DNA of 64,000 nucleotides from positions 768,001-832,000 of the forward strand of contig OZ253375.1 of assembly GCA_965261005.1 (NCBI GenBank). Reading direction: 5' to 3'. The translations under genes and the position numbers were made by a program. Shown here in pieces: positions 20,113 to 31,775 of this stretch (its first letter is position 1; every line of letters begins with the position of its first letter). The notes under the pieces were generated by a model. It made no database searches. It had not been told where the DNA came from and saw nothing but the letters and a program-made list of their open reading frames with translations. This stretch comes from Deinococcus sp. (lineage in GTDB: Bacteria; Deinococcota; Deinococci; Deinococcales; Deinococcaceae).

Positions 20113-21204
20113 TTAAAACTCCAGCAGCACGTGTTCAGCGCAAAAGCCCGGCCCCATGGCGCTGAGCATCCCCTTACCGCGCGGCCCTTCCCGCAACAAG
20201 CGCTCCAGCGCGAACAGCACCGTGGGACTGCTCATGTTGCCGTACTCGCGCAGCACGGCGCGCGCGCCGTCGAGGGCGCCCGGCGGCAATTCGAGGGCCG
20301 CCTCATAGGCAGCGATCACCTTGGCGCCGCCGGGATGCACCACGAAATGCTCCACCTCGTCGCGCGTCCAATGGTGTGCGTCCAGAGTTTCCTCGACGTT
20401 GCCCGGCATCATGTCACACACCAAGGCCGGGATATCGCGCGAAAAGCGCACCTGTAGGCCCGCGTCCACCACGTCCCAGCCCATCACGTCCGCGCTGTTC
20501 GGAATCAGGGTGCTGTGGGCGCCGTGCAGGCGCGGCCCGCCGCCTGCTCCGCCCACACCCTGCGGACCCAGCACCACGGCCGCCGCGCCGTCGGCGAACA
20601 GCGAACTTCCCACGAAGTTGGACTTGCTCCCGTCGCCGCGCACCAAGGTCAGCGAGCACAGCTCCACCGCGATCAAGAGGACGTTCTGAAAGCCGGCCCG
20701 CACCAAGTCGGCCGCCCGCGCCAGGCCCGAGGCGCCGCCCGCACAGCCCAGGCCCCACAGCGGCACACGTGCGGCGTGGCGCGACAAACCCAGCGATTCG
20801 ATCAGAAAACTGTCCAGGCTGGGCGTGCTGACGCCGGTCGAGGATACCAGCACCACCGCGTCCACGTCGCTCGCCCGCACCTTCGCCGCCCCCAGGGCCT
20901 GTTCCGCCACCGCATGGGATAGCCGCAGCGCCTCGCGCACGTACACGGCGTTCTTCTCGGCCCAGCTGTGGTCCCACGTGTACCAGTCGAGCGGCATCGC
21001 GAAGAAGCGCCGCTCGATCTGGCCGTTCTCGAACACGTCCACCATCTTCTTGAAGGCGGCCAAACGCGGAAACATCGCCCTCGCCACCTCGCGCACTTCT
21101 GCTTGGGACGCACAGTGCGGCGGGGTGGCGGTGGCGACGGCGCGCAGCACCGGCGTGACGCCCTGCGGACGAACGGGCGGCCGTTCGGGCGAGGGGCGGG
21201 TCAC
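20113..21204 (-). CDS. Type III polyketide synthase (start uncertain)
   Basis: Cys-His-Asn triad: GLGCAGG, HPGG, GNMSS; LFADG and MGPGF. Confidence 0.92.
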   Translation of the reverse strand: MTRPSPERPPVRPQGVTPVLRAVATATPPHCASQAEVREVARAMFPRLAAFKKMVDVFENGQIERRFFAMPLDWYTWDHSWAEKNAVYVREALRLSHAVAEQALGAAKVRASDVDAVVLVSSTGVSTPSLDSFLIESLGLSRHAARVPLWGLGCAGGASGLARAADLVRAGFQNVLLIAVELCSLTLVRGDGSKSNFVGSSLFADGAAAVVLGPQGVGGAGGGPRLHGAHSTLIPNSADVMGWDVVDAGLQVRFSRDIPALVCDMMPGNVEETLDAHHWTRDEVEHFVVHPGGAKVIAAYEAALELPPGALDGARAVLREYGNMSSPTVLFALERLLREGPRGKGMLSAMGPGFCAEHVLLEF

Positions 21205-21293
21205 GCCCGCCAACCGGGGGAAGACAAAGGGGGCATGGACGCATTGTCGGCCGGCCCCTTGAACGCTTTTGTGCAATTTTCCCCAAGGCACGC

Positions 21294-21320
21294 AAAAAGG
21301 GGGCCGCTGGACGGCCCCCT
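21294..21320 (-). terminator. Rho-independent terminator after the NPCBM/PA14 gene
   Basis: AGGGGGCCG/CGGCCCCCT stem with a T-run on the minus strand. Confidence 0.7.
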
Positions 21321-21352
21321 GGCAACTTAAACTTAGGCGAGACTTACCAGGC

Positions 21353-24334
21353 TTACCGCGCCGGGAACAGCTGGGACGAGGGAATAATCTGCGGCAGCGA
21401 GCCGTCCAGGGACCAAGCCAGCTTCATCAGCGAGGCGTAGTTCATGTGGGCGTACTCGGCCCGAATGTCGTACTTCTGGCCGGCGCTGAGGGTGATCTTG
21501 CCGTTGCCGCCGTCCATCTTCTGGCCCCCGACCCACAAGGTCAGCTTGGCGTTCGGATCCTTTTGCACGCTGAAGGTGTAGGTGCCGCTGGCAGGGGCTT
21601 GCAGCTGACCGGTCCAGCGCACGCTGAAGGTGTCGGCGGAGGTGAGGGCCGTTCCCCCGGGCTTGCCGAAGCCCCAATCGAAGCTGACGGTCGGGTCAAT
21701 CCGGGTGGTCTTGAGGTTGGTGAAGTCCCCCGTGAAAAAGGCGTTGTCAAAGTATTCCGCCTTGAGGCCGTTGCCGCCGACGGATTCCGCCTTGATGCCG
21801 GCGGGCGCCGCGTACTGGCCCAGGTAGAGGGCGACCTCGGCGTGGTGGTTCTTGACGGGCATCACGCCGCGCATCAGGTTGCGGCCACCATCCTTGACAT
21901 GCACTTGGTACTCGGGATTGTTGTATTGCAGCGTGGTGTAGCTGAGCTTGAACTTGGTGGTGTCGCCGGAAAAGGCGGGCATGCTTTGCGGCACGGGCGA
22001 AACCGGGTAGAGCAAGCCGCCCAGCAGCTCCACTTCCCCGCCGCGCGCCGCCAGCACCGTGCGGGGGTCTTCAGTTTTGAGGCCGAGCAGCCACAGCTTG
22101 CCGCCGTTTTTGGTGATCAGGGTGTTGGTCACGGTGGCGTTGTGGTTCTCAGGGTTCATTTGGCGCGCCCAGACGTCCTGCGGCGAATCGAAGTGCCAAG
22201 GAAGAATGCTGGCGACGTTCTCGACGAAGAGCTTGCCGGCGCCGGAAGCGTTGCGGTAAAAGCTGTTGCCGTTGGCCATCTGGTCCAGGTCGCGCAGCAC
22301 CAAGGCGCGCGGCGCGGCGTGTTCCACCCAGGTGAGGCCCGCCGAGGGCGCGTTGTTCCAATCGGCGAAGGTGAAACCCTCGACGGCGACGGTGTCCGGC
22401 GCGCCGTTTTCCACGCGCAGCACGGGTTGAGGATTGCCCGAGTTGCCAAAGGCCTGGCTGCCGGTGGCGATGTCGAAGATGGCCCCGAAGCCCACCAAGC
22501 GCCGCACGTTGCCGCGAATGTGAATGGTCTTGCCGATGCGGTAGACCCCGGACGGAAAGTACAGGGTGCTCTTGCCCGAGTCGATGGCCGCCTGAATCAC
22601 GTCCGAGTCGTCGCGCTCTTGGGTCCAGTTGGTTCGCATGGCCTTGACATTGACCCAGTTCGCCAAGTTGTTGTCGTGGAACTCGGGCGTTTCCTGCACG
22701 TCGAGGCGGAAGTCGCTCTTGAGCGCGCTGGTGTCCACGCGGGGATCGGAGGTGTACTCCGGCAAGTTGGCCCCGGGCACCACCACGCCCACGTTTTTCA
22801 CGGCGGAAGCGTAGCCGCCCGTCGTCACGCCACGCGCGTAGAGCGATCCCATGTTGTCGATGGCGCTCACGTTCGCCGCCCCCCCGGTCAGGTTGGCGTC
22901 GAGCAGGGTAACCACGCCGGCGCCGTTGGGGTTGGTGTTGAGAATGGCCGGCACGCTGTTGACGCTGGTGAGCTTGCGAATGGTCAGCACGTTCTCGGCG
23001 TTCAGCATGCCGGCGACGCGCTGCCCCTTGAGGGTCAAGTCCTCGAAGGTCTGGGTGTAGGCGTCGTGCTGGACCTGCACGCCGTAATTGAAGCCCTCGA
23101 CGCGGACGTGCTTGACCAGCAAGGGACCCGGCCAGGTCCGCAGCAAGCCCAGCCCGGCCCGGCCCTGACCGTCGCCGCTGCGAATGGTCACGTTGCGAAT
23201 CGCCGCGCAGTTGTTGGCGACGTAGTCGATGCCAACGGCGCCCGGGTTGTTACGGCCGGTGTCCACGGTCAAGTCGAAGATGTGGTTGTCAAAGGCGTTG
23301 TTGCCCTGCCCCTCACTGTCCGCGCTGTTCGAGGCGGTGAACAGCACAGCCTTTTGCGCGCCGCCAAAGGCGCCGTCCGCCAGCTTGAGAATGGTCTTGT
23401 CCTGGTTCTGCCCCTGAAGCGACAAGCTGGCCGCGTACGCGCCGGCGCTGTTCTTCCAGGTCAGGGTGTTGCTGATGTTGTAAGTGCCGCTCGGCAGGTA
23501 CAGAACGCGCTGTTTGCCGGCGTTTTCGTTGATGGCCTTTTGCAGGGCGGCGGTGTCATCCTTGCCGTCGTTCGGAATGGCGCCGTACTGGGTCACGACG
23601 TTGACCAAAGCGTCCGCCGGAAAAAGCTTGTCGTTCGCCGCGCTCGGCTGGTCGCCCGTCTGGGTACCTCCCTGGGCGTTCGTCAACGTCGCGCCGGCCC
23701 AATCGGCGTGGTCGTAGTCCAGGTTGTCCCCGGCGTCCAGCACCGCCAGCTGAAGCTGCTTTTTGCCCGTAACATCCACGCTCAGGTTCTTGGAGGGGTC
23801 GCCGCCGCGCATCACGCCGCTGTCGTACAGCTTCTGACCGTCCGCGAAGACCCGGAAGACGACGCTGCCCCGCTTGCCCACCTCGTCGTCCACGCCAACA
23901 GTGGCCGCGAAGGTCGCGGCGCCCGTCGGAAGCGGAAAGACCATGTTTGAGTTCGAGTGCACCCCGTAGCCGCTGGCGTAGGTCTTGCCGTTCAGGCTGA
24001 TGGTGTGTCCGTCTCCCGCACTCTTTTCGCCGTTGCTCTTGTTGTGCTCAATGGGGCCGTACCCGCTCGCCGCCGAGGTCCAACCGAGGTCGCTCAAGCT
24101 GACGCTCGGCGTGGCCAGCGAAAGCGAGGTCAGCTGGGGCGCCCGCTCCTCACTCCACGGCGCTGGCTGCTCTCCCGCCGAGGACGCTTCCGGGACGGAC
24201 GGCGCCACAATCGGGGTGGGCGGCCGGCCACAAGCGGTGAAGGCCAGGCTCAGGGCAATGCCGTACAGCGGCCATGCCAACGGATGGGCCAAAGGGCGGG
24301 AACGGCGAGCGCGAACAGAAAGAAGGTGGGACAT
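21353..24334 (-). CDS. Lipoprotein with NPCBM + pectate-lyase-3/GH55-like beta-helix + PA14 domains
   Basis: Lipobox FTAC; NPCBM (GYGVHS...DHADWA); [19 protein letters not shown]...LYLPSGTY repeated later as [11 protein letters not shown]...[10 protein letters not shown]14 (GLKAEYF...FSVRWTG). Confidence 0.8.
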   Translation of the reverse strand: MSHLLSVRARRSRPLAHPLAWPLYGIALSLAFTACGRPPTPIVAPSVPEASSAGEQPAPWSEERAPQLTSLSLATPSVSLSDLGWTSAASGYGPIEHNKSNGEKSAGDGHTISLNGKTYASGYGVHSNSNMVFPLPTGAATFAATVGVDDEVGKRGSVVFRVFADGQKLYDSGVMRGGDPSKNLSVDVTGKKQLQLAVLDAGDNLDYDHADWAGATLTNAQGGTQTGDQPSAANDKLFPADALVNVVTQYGAIPNDGKDDTAALQKAINENAGKQRVLYLPSGTYNISNTLTWKNSAGAYAASLSLQGQNQDKTILKLADGAFGGAQKAVLFTASNSADSEGQGNNAFDNHIFDLTVDTGRNNPGAVGIDYVANNCAAIRNVTIRSGDGQGRAGLGLLRTWPGPLLVKHVRVEGFNYGVQVQHDAYTQTFEDLTLKGQRVAGMLNAENVLTIRKLTSVNSVPAILNTNPNGAGVVTLLDANLTGGAANVSAIDNMGSLYARGVTTGGYASAVKNVGVVVPGANLPEYTSDPRVDTSALKSDFRLDVQETPEFHDNNLANWVNVKAMRTNWTQERDDSDVIQAAIDSGKSTLYFPSGVYRIGKTIHIRGNVRRLVGFGAIFDIATGSQAFGNSGNPQPVLRVENGAPDTVAVEGFTFADWNNAPSAGLTWVEHAAPRALVLRDLDQMANGNSFYRNASGAGKLFVENVASILPWHFDSPQDVWARQMNPENHNATVTNTLITKNGGKLWLLGLKTEDPRTVLAARGGEVELLGGLLYPVSPVPQSMPAFSGDTTKFKLSYTTLQYNNPEYQVHVKDGGRNLMRGVMPVKNHHAEVALYLGQYAAPAGIKAESVGGNGLKAEYFDNAFFTGDFTNLKTTRIDPTVSFDWGFGKPGGTALTSADTFSVRWTGQLQAPASGTYTFSVQKDPNAKLTLWVGGQKMDGGNGKITLSAGQKYDIRAEYAHMNYASLMKLAWSLDGSLPQIIPSSQLFPAR

Positions 24335-24845
24335 GGCGTGGGGCCTCCTGGAAACAATCCCGCAACGGGGGAATTGGCCTTTTCAAGGGCCAAGCGGGAA
24401 CAACCTCGACGTCACGGGCGGGCGTCGCGGAAAGGGCGTGTGCGGCGAGGGCGGCGTTGGCTACTGGATTTAGCTGCTGAATGCGGGGGGTGATCGCATC
24501 TGTATTAAGGTTAGCTTAACATTCCAGCCGACTCTATGAAGTTTTTATAAGGTAGCTCAGCACATGTCGGCGTCCAAGTATGCTTGCACCGGTAAACGCC
24601 CCAAGGTTCAGGACCGTTTGAACGTCTCGCTTCTGATGTTCGGCCGTTTGGCAAGGGCGCGGCGAAGGAATCAGCTGTTCGGGTTCGTGGCATCGGTCTC
24701 CCCAAGAAAGGTGATCTATTGCGCTATGTAGCAAGACATAAAAAAGAGTGAGAAATATTTAACAAGCCGTTTAAGAATACGGTTGTCGAGGAAAAGGATC
24801 AAAGAAAAATCATCCGCGACTTCCCTTTAAATTCCTAAAAACGTC

Positions 24846-26243
24846 TCACCACCAGCGGCCAGACGCTTCGGGCAACGCGTACTCGCCGTACCGGATCGCA
24901 AAGTACGCGACCTTTTGCAATAAGATCCCGAGCATGATGGCCTGCGGCACCTCCCAGTAATTTTCCTGAAAACCCGTAAAAAAGAGCAGCAGCATGGAGG
25001 TGGTCAGGGCGACGCGCTGAATGCTGGACGCGCCGGACGGCAACACGTTGACGCGCAGCGTCCAGTACAGCACCAGCGCGACGGCGCCCAAGCAGGCCAT
25101 CAGCCCAAACTCGGTGTACACGGTTAGCCAGCTGAAAAAGGGCTGCTGGGTGGAGCCGTTGTAACGGTTTTTCGCCGAACTGGCCCACACGTCAATCAGG
25201 TAGCGCTCTTGCGGCTGGGTGGTGTGCGGCGCGATCCCGAGCACCGGGCGGGGCGAGTTGAAGCCGCCCAAGTAGCGCCCGGTCATGATCAGTCCGGCGC
25301 GGCCCGAGAATTGACCGGGACCGAGGCCGACCCAAGGAAACAGGATCTCGTGCATCGGCATCAACACCCCGGCGCGCTCGGTCAAGAGCGCCTTGGGCGA
25401 GGCGCCCGTGGCGAACTGGTCCACGAATTGGGGCAGGGTATCGAAGTTGGTGCTGAGCAGCAGGGGCGCGGGCGCGAAGAAGAGGCCGATGACGAAGATG
25501 TACTGAACGGCCTTTTTGTTGCGGCGAATCAGGAACAGCATGCCCGCCGCGATCACGAACGCCCCGACCAACATCAGCATCAGGTGAACGACCGACGCGA
25601 GCAAAAAGGCGGTCCCGCCGATGACGAGCGACGCCAGGTAGCGCCGCTTGGCGTAGTAGGGCGCCAAGAAGAGCAGCATAAAGGCGACGTTGGCGGTGAA
25701 CATCACGTTTGAAAAGGCGTTTTCGGCGGGCAGCGGCAGGTGAATGGTGCCCTCGACCCGGTCGCCGTTGTTGAGGTCGAAGCCGCCCTGCAAGGCGCCC
25801 GAGGCGGCCTGCACGATGCCGATCAGGCCCTCCACAATCAGGAGCCAGTGCATCAAGCTGGGCAGGCGCCGCAGAATGCCCGGCGGCACGACGGACATGG
25901 GGGACAAGACGTACAGGTACAGCGCGCTGAACGTCACGAAGCTCAGGACGACGTTCGAGAACGCCACATCCGGGTGCATCAGATATGACGTGGCCGCCGA
26001 CGCCGCAAACAGCAGTGCGATGATCAGCAGCCGCCAAAACGCGACCAGGTCGCGGCGCAACAGAATGGCTGCGCCGATGATGACCAGCGGGGCGGCGTAG
26101 GGCAGCAACTTGTTCGGTCCGAAGGAGCCGATCAGCAGCAGGCCCACCATGAGTAGTTCGTAGGGGGTCCAGCCGACCCGCCGCGCGCCCTGTGTTTCGC
26201 GGCGGCGCATCGGGCCGCTCGCCAAGCGTCTTCCCTGTAGCAT
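24846..26243 (-). CDS. Polytopic membrane protein, O-antigen polymerase/ligase (Wzy/WaaL)-like; start uncertain
   Basis: About 10-12 TM helices, GIVQ, GLGPGQF loop, WLTVYTEFGLM. Confidence 0.6.
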   Translation of the reverse strand: MLQGRRLASGPMRRRETQGARRVGWTPYELLMVGLLLIGSFGPNKLLPYAAPLVIIGAAILLRRDLVAFWRLLIIALLFAASAATSYLMHPDVAFSNVVLSFVTFSALYLYVLSPMSVVPPGILRRLPSLMHWLLIVEGLIGIVQAASGALQGGFDLNNGDRVEGTIHLPLPAENAFSNVMFTANVAFMLLFLAPYYAKRRYLASLVIGGTAFLLASVVHLMLMLVGAFVIAAGMLFLIRRNKKAVQYIFVIGLFFAPAPLLLSTNFDTLPQFVDQFATGASPKALLTERAGVLMPMHEILFPWVGLGPGQFSGRAGLIMTGRYLGGFNSPRPVLGIAPHTTQPQERYLIDVWASSAKNRYNGSTQQPFFSWLTVYTEFGLMACLGAVALVLYWTLRVNVLPSGASSIQRVALTTSMLLLFFTGFQENYWEVPQAIMLGILLQKVAYFAIRYGEYALPEASGRWW

Positions 26244-26519
26244 GGTTGTTCGCCTACCGTTCGCGCCGTGGGCGCACTGAAGATAGACGTTTGGCAAGGA
26301 TGTGTTGTTGCTTGGAGCCAAGCAGCGGTGTGGAGTGGCGTCGCATCTCTTCTCCTCAGGTATCGGGCAGTGGGCGGAGTGGCGAGGACAGTCGCCGGGT
26401 AGTCCGACCTCGACACGGGGGTGAGGACGAACTTCGGCGACGTGGTTTACGTGAGATATTCAGGCCGAATATCTCACACTACTTTAGTACACCGGGCGTC
26501 TCCCGACGTCAGTACTTCT

Positions 26520-27401
26520 TCATGCCGAAAGCTGGTTGAGCGCCGCCATGTCCTCCGGCGACAGTTCGAGGCTGGCCGCCGCCGTGTTCTCCTCCAGGTG
26601 CTTGACTTGGCCGGTGCCGGGAATCGGCAGCATCACGGGCGAGCGCGCCAGCAGCCACGCCAAGGCCACCTGCGCCGGCTCGGCGCCGAGCCGGCGGGCG
26701 ATGTCGGAAAGGGCGCCGCCCTCCCTTGCCAGCTCACCGGTCGCGAGGGGAAACCACGGGATAAAGCCGATGCCCTCACGCTCACAGTAGTTCAGCACGT
26801 CCTCGGATTTGCGTTCGGTCAGGTTGTAGAGGTTCTGCACGGTGGCGATGGGCACGACCTTGCGCGCCGCCTCGATCTCGGCCACGCTCACCTCGGACAA
26901 GCCCAGAAAGCGCACCTTGCCCTCGTCCTGAAACGCCTTCATGGCGCCGAACTGTTCGTCCTGGGGCACCTTGGGGTCGATGCGGTGCAGCTGCCACAAA
27001 TCAATGCGGTCCACCTTGAGCCGGCGCAAGCTCATCTCGACGCACTGGCGCAGGTACTCGGGGCGCCCGACCGGGGGCCACACGTCGGGGCCGGAGCGCG
27101 TCAGGCCGCCCTTGGTGGCGATCACCAAGCCCGCCGGATACGGGGACAGCACCCCCGCGATCAGGTCCTCGCTGACAAAAGGGCCGTAGCTGTCGGCGGT
27201 GTCGATGAAGTTGACGCCCAGCTCCGGCACGCGCGCCAGCACGCGCCGTGCCTCCTGGGGGTCTTGGGGATCGCCCCAGATGCCCTTGCCGGTCACGCGC
27301 ATGGCCCCAAAGCCGAGGCGCACCACCTCCAGCTCCCCACCGATCTTGAAGGTACCGCTTTGCCGGGCGTCTATGTTGTTGCCAGTGGTTGTCGCCGTCA
27401 T
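26520..27401 (-). CDS. Aldo/keto reductase
   Basis: [30 protein letters not shown] and PIPGT motifs. Confidence 0.93.
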   Translation of the reverse strand: MTATTTGNNIDARQSGTFKIGGELEVVRLGFGAMRVTGKGIWGDPQDPQEARRVLARVPELGVNFIDTADSYGPFVSEDLIAGVLSPYPAGLVIATKGGLTRSGPDVWPPVGRPEYLRQCVEMSLRRLKVDRIDLWQLHRIDPKVPQDEQFGAMKAFQDEGKVRFLGLSEVSVAEIEAARKVVPIATVQNLYNLTERKSEDVLNYCEREGIGFIPWFPLATGELAREGGALSDIARRLGAEPAQVALAWLLARSPVMLPIPGTGQVKHLEENTAAASLELSPEDMAALNQLSA

Positions 27402-27524
27402 GTGTCTCCCCGTTCGGCGGGCATTGTGCCCCTGGAAACAGGAGTGGACTGTGAGCGCCCGGCTTGTTGGTCGCGCTGAGGCACGGTTTAGGTGTTGAGA
27501 GAGCCTTCAAAAAAGTCCGGCCGG

Positions 27525-28508
27525 TCAGCTCCCTTCTCGAAGCTCTTTGACCAGCGTGACCCACTCCGAGCCGCTTTCAAAAGAAAAGTGCCGCATCAGT
27601 GTCAGGCGGCTCGGGTCCACGGAATCCGCCTCCAACTCGGCGCGGCCCAGCCCCAGCCCCTTTGCCCAGGCGAGCGCCCGCGCGGTCAGGGCCAGGGTCA
27701 GCGGCAATTCGTGGCGCCGATGCGCGCGCAGGGTGCCGCTCCACAACACGTCCACGGCGACGTCCGTTTTCGCCAGCCCGCTCATGGCGACCAGCCGACC
27801 GCCGCGCAACGCGAAGAAGAGGGCCTCCGGCAGCAGGTCGTCGCCGAACAAAATTTTTCGCCAGGTGGAGGGCGGCACGTCCGCCGGCGGGTCGTAGAGG
27901 TGAACGTCGCCGTACAACTCGCGCAGCAGGGCCGCCGCCTCGTCCGCGCGCCCAGCTTGGCCCGCCAGCTCCGCCCAGGACCGGACCTCATAGCCGTGGT
28001 CGTGCGGCCAGCGCGCGTCCCCGTCCAGCGCCGCGCCGTCCAAGTCGCCCACATCGAGTTCCGTGATGTAGGTGCGTTGCAGCTCACCAAAGCCGCGCTT
28101 CCCGAAAAAGCGCCGCGCGCCCGAGCAGTCCGCGTTCATCAGGCCGCGCAGCCGCCAAGCGCCGCGCCCTGCGAGCCTGTCCAGCATCGCCGTGTAGAGG
28201 ACCGACCCCACGCCCAGCCGCTGATGCTCCGGCGCCACGCTGACGTGCCCGTGGTACTTATCCGGGTGAAAATGTAGGGCGCTCTGCCATACGCCCGCGA
28301 AGCCGACGACCTGCCCTTCCTGCTCGGCGACCAGGGTCAGCGCGAAACGCGGTTCCACCTGGGCCAATCCGAAGCGATACCAAGCTCGACCCTTTTCATC
28401 TTCCGGCCAGATCGCGGCGAGAATCCGCTCGCACGCCTCGCCGTCTTGCGGCTGAAAAGGCCGAAGGGTCAGCGGCCCCACACCTACTCCCGCTCCGGCG
28501 TGTCGCAA
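27525..28508 (-). CDS. Tandem GNAT acetyltransferase
   Basis: [12 protein letters not shown] acetyl-CoA motif; second GNAT-like half (GTLRAHRR). Confidence 0.75.
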   Translation of the reverse strand: MRHAGAGVGVGPLTLRPFQPQDGEACERILAAIWPEDEKGRAWYRFGLAQVEPRFALTLVAEQEGQVVGFAGVWQSALHFHPDKYHGHVSVAPEHQRLGVGSVLYTAMLDRLAGRGAWRLRGLMNADCSGARRFFGKRGFGELQRTYITELDVGDLDGAALDGDARWPHDHGYEVRSWAELAGQAGRADEAAALLRELYGDVHLYDPPADVPPSTWRKILFGDDLLPEALFFALRGGRLVAMSGLAKTDVAVDVLWSGTLRAHRRHELPLTLALTARALAWAKGLGLGRAELEADSVDPSRLTLMRHFSFESGSEWVTLVKELREGS

Positions 28509-29299
28509 TCCTCGCGAAAGACGTACTGCTCAAGCCGCTTGCGGTGGCGGCTCGACCAGTCAATCGAGGGGCGCTCGGCGTCCGCTGGCAGGTAGCCCAA
28601 GCGAAAGACGGCCATCAGCTCCAAGTGGTCGGGCACCTTGAGGAGCGCCCTCACCTCGGCCCAGGCTTCCGGAATCTCCATCGGGGTGCTGACGAACTGG
28701 ATGCCCATGCCGAGTTCCCCGACCGTCAGCCAGATGTTCTCCATGGCGGCCCCCAGGCCGAAGACGCTGTAAAAGCCGCTCAGCTCGCCGGGGCGGTACT
28801 CCTCCTTGTCGAGCAAGGCGGCCAGCAGCAGCGGGCTGCCGGCCACCAGCTTCTCGTTGTCGCGCCCCAGGCGGGCCGCCACGCCCAGGCCACGCAGCAC
28901 GCTGAGGCCCATATCCGAGAAAATTTGGCGGGTGAAGGGACGCAGCGGCGCGGGCAAATGGTCGATGAAAATGCCGTCGCGGCGCTGGTCCAACTCCTCC
29001 GGCGAAAAGCGGAAGTAGCGGCGGTAGCGCTCGAAGAAGATGCCGCGCTCGATCAGCTCGCGCATGCTGCGCCCCGCGATGGCCGCCACGCGGGCGACGG
29101 CCTGGGGCCGCTCGATCAGCACGAAGCGCCACGGCTGGCTGTTGAAGTGGCTGGGCGCCGCCGAGGCCGCGCGCATCAAGAGGTGCTGGTGCTCGGGGCT
29201 GACCGCTTCCGGGCGAAACGGGCCGTTGGTGGTGCGGCGGGAAAACAGGGCGCGCAGAAAGTCGGTGGGCGGCGGGGAGATGGTCGCCGTGTCCGTCAC
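28484..29299 (-). CDS. Nitroreductase family protein
   Basis: [18 protein letters not shown] and GAAMENIWL motifs. Confidence 0.88.
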   Translation of the reverse strand: MTDTATISPPPTDFLRALFSRRTTNGPFRPEAVSPEHQHLLMRAASAAPSHFNSQPWRFVLIERPQAVARVAAIAGRSMRELIERGIFFERYRRYFRFSPEELDQRRDGIFIDHLPAPLRPFTRQIFSDMGLSVLRGLGVAARLGRDNEKLVAGSPLLLAALLDKEEYRPGELSGFYSVFGLGAAMENIWLTVGELGMGIQFVSTPMEIPEAWAEVRALLKVPDHLELMAVFRLGYLPADAERPSIDWSSRHRKRLEQYVFREDCDTPERE

Positions 29300-29601
29300 A
29301 GCAGCCTCCAGGCGGTCAGCGCGAAGCCGGCGCCTAGCATGCAGGCCAGTCCGGCGTGGTCCGCGCGGCCCGGCCGGGTACGCCCCATCACCAACAGGGC
29401 GCCCAGCAGCGCCGCCAGCGGCCACCACGCGGCGCCGCGCACCAGGGAGAGCAGCAACGTCAGCCCGGTGCAAGTGCAGGTCAGGAAGTACAGGGTGTGG
29501 TGCAGCGCCCGGGGGTGCCAGCGCGAGCCGAGCTGCAAGCTCAGGCCCAGCGCGAAGTTCAGCGCGAAACAGGTCAGGGCGGCGCCGAAAGCAGCTCTCA
29601 T
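29296..29601 (-). CDS. Small membrane protein (HxxEE-like)
   Basis: Four hydrophobic segments, HHTLYF; GTGA overlap with the nitroreductase start. Confidence 0.6.
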   Translation of the reverse strand: MRAAFGAALTCFALNFALGLSLQLGSRWHPRALHHTLYFLTCTCTGLTLLLSLVRGAAWWPLAALLGALLVMGRTRPGRADHAGLACMLGAGFALTAWRLL

Positions 29602-29645
29602 GTCCGCAGCATAACGCGCGCGTTTTTGGAGAAATGGTACGATGA

Positions 29646-29705
29646 GGCGCACGTCAAAAGGGCGCACGTCAAAAGGGCGCACCTCAAGAGAACACACGTC
29701 AAGAA
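29646..29705 (+). repeat. 15-bp tandem repeat, four units
   Basis: GGCGCACGTCAAAAG x2, GGCGCACCTCAAGAG, AACACACGTCAAGAA. Confidence 0.85.
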
Positions 29706-29759
29706 ACGCCAAAGCCGGCCCTGTGGGCAGCCGGGCGACGTTGCGGGCAAGATGGGGAC

Positions 29760-31775
29760 GTGCGCCGCTCCATTTTGTTCAAGAACGCCTTTGAGCTGGA
29801 CCTGAGCCAGTGGCGAACTGCCGAGGCGCTGCGCTGCACCGCCGGCTTGGCGCTGCCGCTGCTGCTCGCCCTTTGGCTGGGCCAGCCCCGCTGGGGCTTC
29901 TTGGCGGCCATCGGGGCGCTGGACGCCGGGCTGGCCTCGCTGAACGGCGTCAGCCGCGACCGGCTGCGCCTGATGCTGACCACCAGCCTGCTCGTCGCCT
30001 TGGCGACGGCGGGCGGCATTTGGATCGGGGGCAGTACCCCTGCGAGCGTGCTGGCCGTCACGCTCGCGGCCTTTTTGTTGACCCTGTACGGCGCGTCGGG
30101 CCGGCCAGCCAGCGTGCTGGGCCTCCAGGTGAGCGTCGCGCTGCTGATCATGGCCGGGCTGAAGTTGCCGGCCAGCTTCGCGCTGCCGGCCGGCGGGCTG
30201 GCGCTGGCCGGGGGCGCGCTGCAAACGCTGCTGTTCCTCGCCGTGTGGTTGCTGAACCCGCGCTCTCCCGAGCGGCGCGCGGTGGCGGCAGTCTTTTCCG
30301 AGCTGGCCCGCTTCGTCGAAAACTGGGGCCGCGAGCCACACGGGCGCCTGCCCGCCGCCCAACCGCTGCAAAACGCCTGGAAGTTGCTGGACGACGCCCA
30401 GCAGGTTCGCAGTCCGCCGGAGGCGCAAGCGCCCGAACATCTGGCCCTACGCCAAGCCTTGCGGGTGGCGGAAACCGTCCGGGCAGGGCTGGTAGGTCTC
30501 GCTGCGGCGGGCGCGGCGCTCAGGCGGGAAGGAGACGCGGCCCAGATACAGGCGGCGGGGGCGCTTGACCGGGCGCTGGCACGGCTGCTGCGCGCGGAGG
30601 CGGCGAAGGTGCGGCGCGGGCGCTACGGCGGGCCGGACGCGGGGCAACTGCGGCATTTTCAGACGGACGTCCGCGACTGGGCGGGCCGGGACGAGCCGCC
30701 GCCATTGACCACAGAGCTGAGTCCGCCCCTCACCTACCTGCACTGGGCCGATTTGCTCGTCCGCGCGCTGGCGTCGCTGGCAGGGGCGGCGCCACCCGCG
30801 CCCCCCCAAAAAGACCCTCCGCCGGAAGCGGGCGTGTGGGCGCAGCTGCTGGCGGGCGTCCGGCAACTGCCGGAAAAACTGACGCGGCCCACGCCCGCCT
30901 TACGGCACGCGTTGCGCTACGGCTTGGCGCTGGGCCTCGCCACCCTGGCCTACAAGGTGCTCAGCGTGCCCCACGGCTACTGGCTGCCGCTGACGGTGGC
31001 GCTGGTGCTGCGCCAAGACTACGCCACCACCCTGACGCGCGGGGTGGCGCGCTTTGCCGGCACGCTGGGCGGCGCCGCGCTGGCCACGCTGGTGGTGTGG
31101 CTGGCCCACCCCAGCCCGAACGTGCTGAACGTCTTGGCGGTAGGCGCGTCGTGGCTATGCTTTTCGCTGCTGCTCGCCAACTACGCCATCTTTTCGCTGG
31201 GCGTCACGCTGTTCGTGGTGTTCCTGATCACGTCTTCCGGCAGCGACCCCGGGGGCGTGCTCAGCCTGGAGCGCTTGCTGGCGACCTTGCTGGGCGGTGT
31301 GCTGGCGCTGGGCGTGAGCTTGCTGTGGCCCCAGTGGCAAGCGCCACAGGTGTGGGAGGCGCTGAAAAAGGCGGCAGGCGACCACCTGGCCTACGGCGAG
31401 GCGGTGGCGGCCCTTGGCGAGGGTGGCGACGCCGAAGAGGCCGCCTCCGCGCGGCGCGCGGCGCGGGACTCGCACCTGGCGGCCGAGAACACCGTGCGCT
31501 CGGGCTTGCTGGAGCCGAAGCGGGTGCCGGCCGCGCACGAGGCCCAGGCGCTGTTGGAGCGGCTGAACACCGGCGCGGCCGAGTTGCTCTCGCTGCACGC
31601 CGAGGCCGGGAGCTGGCAGATCCAAGGCCAGCAAACTCAGGGCCGGAAAATTCAGGGCCAGCGAGAAAGAGAGGCGGGCCAAGTGCCCGAATTGGCCCGC
31701 CAGGGAGTCGCCAGGGCGCGGCAGCTCAGCCATGACATCGCCGATCAGGCGGCCAAAGCGCAGGGCGCCGGTTAA
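29760..31775 (+). CDS. FUSC/YccS-family membrane protein
   Basis: LRHALRYGL, HGYWLPLTVALVLRQDY, RFAGTLGG and LERLLATLLG motifs. Confidence 0.88.
   Translation: MRRSILFKNAFELDLSQWRTAEALRCTAGLALPLLLALWLGQPRWGFLAAIGALDAGLASLNGVSRDRLRLMLTTSLLVALATAGGIWIGGSTPASVLAVTLAAFLLTLYGASGRPASVLGLQVSVALLIMAGLKLPASFALPAGGLALAGGALQTLLFLAVWLLNPRSPERRAVAAVFSELARFVENWGREPHGRLPAAQPLQNAWKLLDDAQQVRSPPEAQAPEHLALRQALRVAETVRAGLVGLAAAGAALRREGDAAQIQAAGALDRALARLLRAEAAKVRRGRYGGPDAGQLRHFQTDVRDWAGRDEPPPLTTELSPPLTYLHWADLLVRALASLAGAAPPAPPQKDPPPEAGVWAQLLAGVRQLPEKLTRPTPALRHALRYGLALGLATLAYKVLSVPHGYWLPLTVALVLRQDYATTLTRGVARFAGTLGGAALATLVVWLAHPSPNVLNVLAVGASWLCFSLLLANYAIFSLGVTLFVVFLITSSGSDPGGVLSLERLLATLLGGVLALGVSLLWPQWQAPQVWEALKKAAGDHLAYGEAVAALGEGGDAEEAASARRAARDSHLAAENTVRSGLLEPKRVPAAHEAQALLERLNTGAAELLSLHAEAGSWQIQGQQTQGRKIQGQREREAGQVPELARQGVARARQLSHDIADQAAKAQGAG

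Noticed and set aside
21269..23950. 893-aa plus-strand ORF and other long antisense or alternate-frame ORFs (e.g. 46303-48078, 35855-37573, 6809-8503)
   Set aside because: Shadow ORFs of GC-rich genes with no recognisable motifs
24470..24500. c-di-AMP riboswitch-like words (GCTGAAT, GGGGTGA)
   Set aside because: Wrong strand for the downstream gene, and the rest of the consensus is missing
29646..29705. CRISPR-like array
   Set aside because: Units abut with no spacers, and there are no cas genes in the window
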